From: Tepidisphaera sp.
GTDB lineage: Bacteria > Planctomycetota > Phycisphaerae > Phycisphaerales > UBA1924
Assembly (NCBI GenBank): GCA_050916045.1
Contig: CP051526.1
Span: forward strand, 480,001-544,000
Direction: 5' to 3'
Length of the DNA stretch: 64,000 nt
Below are positions 60,177 through 64,000 of this stretch, one piece after another. The position numbers were made by a program, and so were the translations under genes. The number at the start of each line of letters is the position of its first letter. Positions within the stretch are counted from its first letter, which is position 1. The notes beneath the pieces were generated by a model. It worked only from the letters and a program-made list of their open reading frames with translations, did no database searches and had not been told where the DNA came from.

Positions 60177-60923
60177 ATGCCGGAAGAGACCGTCAGTCCA
60201 CGTCCGGGAGCCCAGCGCGTCGCCGTCCGTCCCTCGTCCGTCGCCACGATCTCCGCGTGGACGCAGATCGAGAAGCGGAGCCGGCCCGGCATCGCTCCGG
60301 ATTCCACCATGCTCGTCGGGCCCGCCGCTGGCCAGGCTTCTGCCGCCGTTTCGGAGGGGAGTGGGCAGGGCGAACCACGCTTGGTGAACGGGATTGCGGC
60401 GTTCGCCGGCCGGTGGGTGATCCCCACAACGCGGCGGATCCGCGGAATCACGCAGGGCGGGATTCAGTTCGGCGGCACGACGCCGGGAGGCGGCGGGAGC
60501 GAGGGTGTCGTCGGAGCCGCCGGGCTTCTGTCCGATCCCGCGATGCCCACGACGCAGGGGCGGACGCTGATCGTCTCGTCGGATCCTTCGTCAGACGTGG
60601 TGTTCTTCCCGGCGGGGGGCGCGGCTTCGGAGCTCAAGCTGGTGCTTCGCGGCTGGAAAGCCGGGTTCACGGGCCCCGACGATGAGGAAGGGGCCGAGGT
60701 GCCGACGGCGCTGACGCTGCGATCGGGGCACTACTGCGTCGTGACGACGGATGCTTCGATGCGGATGCAGCGAGCCGCCATCGTCCCGTGGTCGATTCCG
60801 ACGGGCTCGACGCTGACGCACGCGCCGCAGGTGATCGGCGTGCTCGCGTTGATCAACGCGCAGATCAAGGCTCGCGGGTTGGAGTCGGTGATGCCGGTCG
60901 TTACGTTCCCCTCGCCGGCGTGA
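60177..60923 (+). CDS. Hypothetical protein, paralog of the preceding gene
   Basis: AAAGGA RBS; GRWVIPTTRRIRG, DVVFF, LVLR.W.AG, EVP, SG.Y all collinear with 59161-60117. Confidence 0.75.
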   Translation: MPEETVSPRPGAQRVAVRPSSVATISAWTQIEKRSRPGIAPDSTMLVGPAAGQASAAVSEGSGQGEPRLVNGIAAFAGRWVIPTTRRIRGITQGGIQFGGTTPGGGGSEGVVGAAGLLSDPAMPTTQGRTLIVSSDPSSDVVFFPAGGAASELKLVLRGWKAGFTGPDDEEGAEVPTALTLRSGHYCVVTTDASMRMQRAAIVPWSIPTGSTLTHAPQVIGVLALINAQIKARGLESVMPVVTFPSPA

Positions 60924-61056
60924 GAGTGGATTGGGCTTTGTTCGGATCGCGGCGGGTTGCGGCGTTGAAGTTCCGGTCGGGATGAGGTATTGTGGGCGTC
61001 CCGCGTGGGCCTCCGTCCGGTTGGAGGTCGCGCCGGTTCGAAGGGAAGCCCGACGC

Positions 61057-63507
61057 ATGTCTAGCCCGAGCACGCCGTCCGACGCCGAAACCAACTCCAG
61101 TTCGCCGTTCGGGCCGGGGGTGCCGCACCTTCCCGAGGACGCCACCGCCGAGCAGAAGGATGAGCACTGGTACCAGCACGTCTACAAGGGCGAGCAGATG
61201 CCCCAGCTCACGCTCCGGGCGGTGCTGGTCGGCGGCATTCTGGGCATGTTGATGTCGGCGGCGAACCTGTACACGACGCTCTCGATCGGCTGGGCGTTCG
61301 GGATCGCGATCACGGCGTGCGTGCTTTCGTTTGTCATGTGGAACGTCGTGGTGCTGACGTCCCGCGGCAAGGTGAGCCAGATGTCGATCCTCGAGAACGC
61401 CTGCATGGCGTCGACGGCTTCGGCCGCGGGGTATTCGACGGGTTCGACGATCGCGACGATGTTCGGCGCGGTGGTGCTGCTGGCACCGATCCCCGAAGGC
61501 AAGACGACGGCGGATATGTACACATGGGACATCACCAAGCCCTGGGTGGTCACGATCTTCACCCTGTGCACCGGCCTCATGGGCGTCTTCCTCGCCATTC
61601 CCATGAAGCGGCAGATGATCAACCACGAGCGGCTTCCCTTCCCGTCGGGCACGGCGGCCGCCGAAACCCTCCGAAGCCTCTACAGCCGCAGCGCGGAAGC
61701 GGCCCGCAAGGCGTACGTCCTCGTGACCGGCCTTGTGCTGGGCGTGCTCATCGGCTTCCTGCGGGCGGGCGATGACGTGATCGAGAAGGTCGCGGCGCTT
61801 CGCTGGATCTTCGACAAGATCTCGGCGATCCGCATCCCGTCGGACATCTCGATGCACTTCGCCGACCGGCTTTACCCCGGCGGGCGGCACCCGGCGGGGT
61901 TTGCGTTCGAGCCCTCGGCCCTCTTGATCGCGGCAGGCATGATCGTCGGGATGCGGACGAGCGTCTCGCTTGTGGTCAGCTCGGCGGTTCTCTATCTCGG
62001 CGTGGGCCCCTGGCTCGCCCAGAAGGACGCCGACGTGATGGAGAAGCCGGCGATGACGGTTCTCGCCGCGGCGAAAACCGCTGGCGAGACGATCACGATC
62101 GAAGGCTCCCAGCCCATTCTGCTCGAACTGACCCGCGTCGGCGATACAGTCGCGGATCGCGCCGCCGAGGTCGCCGCTCAGCAGGATGCCGAAGCCGCGT
62201 TGGTCCGCGCCGCGGCCGCCAACGCCCTCAAAGCCAAGATCAGCGGCATCACGAAGGAGCACGACGCGATGGTCAAGGCGGGCGCGACGCCCGAAGCCAT
62301 CAAGGAGAAGGTTGAGGGATGGAAGAAGGGCGTCGTCGGCGTTGCGGCCAGCACTTCCGCCACAGCGACCGCGGCTTCGGTGGCTGAGAAGCCCGGCCGC
62401 GCGGCTCGCGACCAGGCCAAAGCTCAAGCCACGGCGCAGGGCAAGACACCCGCCGAGATCGAGGAAGCCGGCCGGATCGCGATGCAGTCGCTTTCGTACA
62501 AGCCGAGCTTTATCTGGAGCTGGAGCGGCGGCACAGTCACGATCTTCCGCTGGTCGCTTTGGGGCGGCACGGCGATCATGGTCTTCTCGAGCCTGACGGC
62601 CGTCGCGCTGCAGTGGCGGACGATCGCCCGGGCCTTCACCGGCGTCGGCGGTTCGGCCGGGTCGGCGCGTTCGGGGATCGAGGTGCCCGGATCTTGGATG
62701 ATCATCGGGATGGTGCCGATCACGATCGCGATGATCTGGCTTCAGATTCAGGCTTTCGGCGTGACGTGGTACGCCGGGCTGATCGCGGTGGCGATGTCGT
62801 TTGTGCTTTCGCTGGTGGCAAGCCGGGCGACGGGCGAGACGGACACGACTCCGATCGGCGCCATGGGCAAGGTGATGCAGCTGATCTTCGCGGGTCTTGC
62901 GCCGGCGAACGTGCAGGCGAACCTCGCTTCGGCGGGCATCGCGGCCAACTCCGCTTCGTCCTCGGCGGACCTGCTGACGGATCTCAAGACGGGCTACCTG
63001 CTGGGAGCCAACCCCCGCCGGCAGTTCCTGGCTCAGTTCTTCGGCGTCTTCTTCGGCACCGTTGCGATCGTGCCGATCTGGTTCCTGATGGTCCCCACGC
63101 GTGAGAAGCTCGAAGCGTTCGCGCTGCCCTCGACGCGTTCGTGGGAAGCCGTCGCCCGCGTGCTCACCAAGGGCATCTCCGAGTTGCCCCAGTCCGCGGT
63201 GTACGCGATCTTCATCGGCGCGACGATCGGCATCGCCCTGCCGGTGATCGAGCGGCTCATGCCCGCCAAAGCCCGTCGGTTCATGCCCTCGGCGATGGGC
63301 GTGGGTCTCGCGTGGATCATGCCGTTCCAGAACGCGTTCTCGTTCTTCGTGGGCGCTGTGATCGCGATGGTCTGGGGCAAGGCGAGCAAGCGCACCTGCG
63401 ATCAGTACAACGTGCCGATCGCTTCGGGCCTGATCGCCGGCGAGTCGCTCATGGCGGCGGGCTTGGCGATCGCCGCGACCGTCGCGGGCCTGCTGGCCGC
63501 GTCCTGA
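61057..63507 (+). CDS. OPT-family oligopeptide transporter with a large hydrophilic insertion
   Basis: PQLTLRA, ILENA..STASAAGY, LPFPSGTA.AE, RATGETDTTP, DLKTGYLLGANPRRQ, ASGLIAGES. Confidence 0.92.
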   Translation: MSSPSTPSDAETNSSSPFGPGVPHLPEDATAEQKDEHWYQHVYKGEQMPQLTLRAVLVGGILGMLMSAANLYTTLSIGWAFGIAITACVLSFVMWNVVVLTSRGKVSQMSILENACMASTASAAGYSTGSTIATMFGAVVLLAPIPEGKTTADMYTWDITKPWVVTIFTLCTGLMGVFLAIPMKRQMINHERLPFPSGTAAAETLRSLYSRSAEAARKAYVLVTGLVLGVLIGFLRAGDDVIEKVAALRWIFDKISAIRIPSDISMHFADRLYPGGRHPAGFAFEPSALLIAAGMIVGMRTSVSLVVSSAVLYLGVGPWLAQKDADVMEKPAMTVLAAAKTAGETITIEGSQPILLELTRVGDTVADRAAEVAAQQDAEAALVRAAAANALKAKISGITKEHDAMVKAGATPEAIKEKVEGWKKGVVGVAASTSATATAASVAEKPGRAARDQAKAQATAQGKTPAEIEEAGRIAMQSLSYKPSFIWSWSGGTVTIFRWSLWGGTAIMVFSSLTAVALQWRTIARAFTGVGGSAGSARSGIEVPGSWMIIGMVPITIAMIWLQIQAFGVTWYAGLIAVAMSFVLSLVASRATGETDTTPIGAMGKVMQLIFAGLAPANVQANLASAGIAANSASSSADLLTDLKTGYLLGANPRRQFLAQFFGVFFGTVAIVPIWFLMVPTREKLEAFALPSTRSWEAVARVLTKGISELPQSAVYAIFIGATIGIALPVIERLMPAKARRFMPSAMGVGLAWIMPFQNAFSFFVGAVIAMVWGKASKRTCDQYNVPIASGLIAGESLMAAGLAIAATVAGLLAAS

Positions 63508-63547
63508 TCGTCACCCCTGGGTTTGATTTGTTCGGAGCTTTGACACG

Positions 63548-64000
63548 ATGGCGATCCCGCAACTGACGGATGAACAGGTTCGTACGTGGTCCCGCGAGCA
63601 GAAGGACCAGTGGTGGCTGAGCAGCGTCTTCCGCGGCGACATGCCGCAGTTGACGGTGCGGTCGGCGATCACCGGCTTCCTGCTCGGGGGCGTGCTGAGC
63701 GCGACCAACCTGTACGTGGGCGCGAAGACGGGGTGGACGCTCGGCGTGGGGCTGACGTCGGTCATCCTCTCGTTCGCGATGTACCGGTTCTTCGCGCGCC
63801 TTGGCGCGAAGGACATGACGATCCTGGAGAACAACTGCACGCAGTCGATCGCGACGGCGGCGGGGTACATGACCGGCCCGCTCATCAGCGGCATGGCGGC
63901 GTACATGTGGGTCGAGAACAAGCTCATGCCGTGGTGGCAGATGCTTCTGTTCAACGTCGTGCTTTCGATCCTCGGCGTGCTCGTCGCGTTCCCGATGAAG
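63548..64000 (+). CDS. Second OPT-family transporter, truncated by the window end (absent from the ORF track)
   Basis: Translates as MAIPQLTDEQVRTWSREQKDQWWLSSVFRGDMPQLTVRSAITGFLLGG..NLYVGAKTGW..ILENNCTQSIATAAGYM. Confidence 0.9.
   Translation, partial: MAIPQLTDEQVRTWSREQKDQWWLSSVFRGDMPQLTVRSAITGFLLGGVLSATNLYVGAKTGWTLGVGLTSVILSFAMYRFFARLGAKDMTILENNCTQSIATAAGYMTGPLISGMAAYMWVENKLMPWWQMLLFNVVLSILGVLVAFPMK

Overview
High-GC bacterial chromosomal window, most likely a Phycisphaerales planctomycete. This is inferred from four DUF1559-type prepilin genes, a 'GC-type' dockerin protein, a PEP-CTERM protein and an ECF sigma/Ser-Thr kinase cluster. Housekeeping genes (der, rlmN, asnS, mnmE, yidC, two clpP, rplU, clpS, motAB, gspDE, OPT transporters) are interleaved with accessory loci. 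The best candidate for an undescribed system is a visibly lower-GC three-gene operon at 26.6-29.0 kb. It encodes a secreted 10-cysteine peptide, a membrane-anchored unknown protein, and a MauE/DoxX-like CxC membrane domain fused in front of a prepilin with an intact G|FTLIE cleavage site; a G11 tract lies just upstream. Other notable loci are two modular collagen/tail-fibre-like proteins sharing an N-terminal 'FTYQG' domain (one paired with a small dockerin protein), a divergent ECF/kinase/kinase-CHASE2 module with twin unknown paralogs, an orphan zeta-toxin-like kinase behind a structured intergenic region, and a ClpP with Asn in place of the catalytic Asp. No rRNA, tRNA, CRISPR array or transposase was recognised. 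Calls come from motif recognition by eye with no database searches, and several start codons were re-assigned from the ORF track using RBS and motif evidence.
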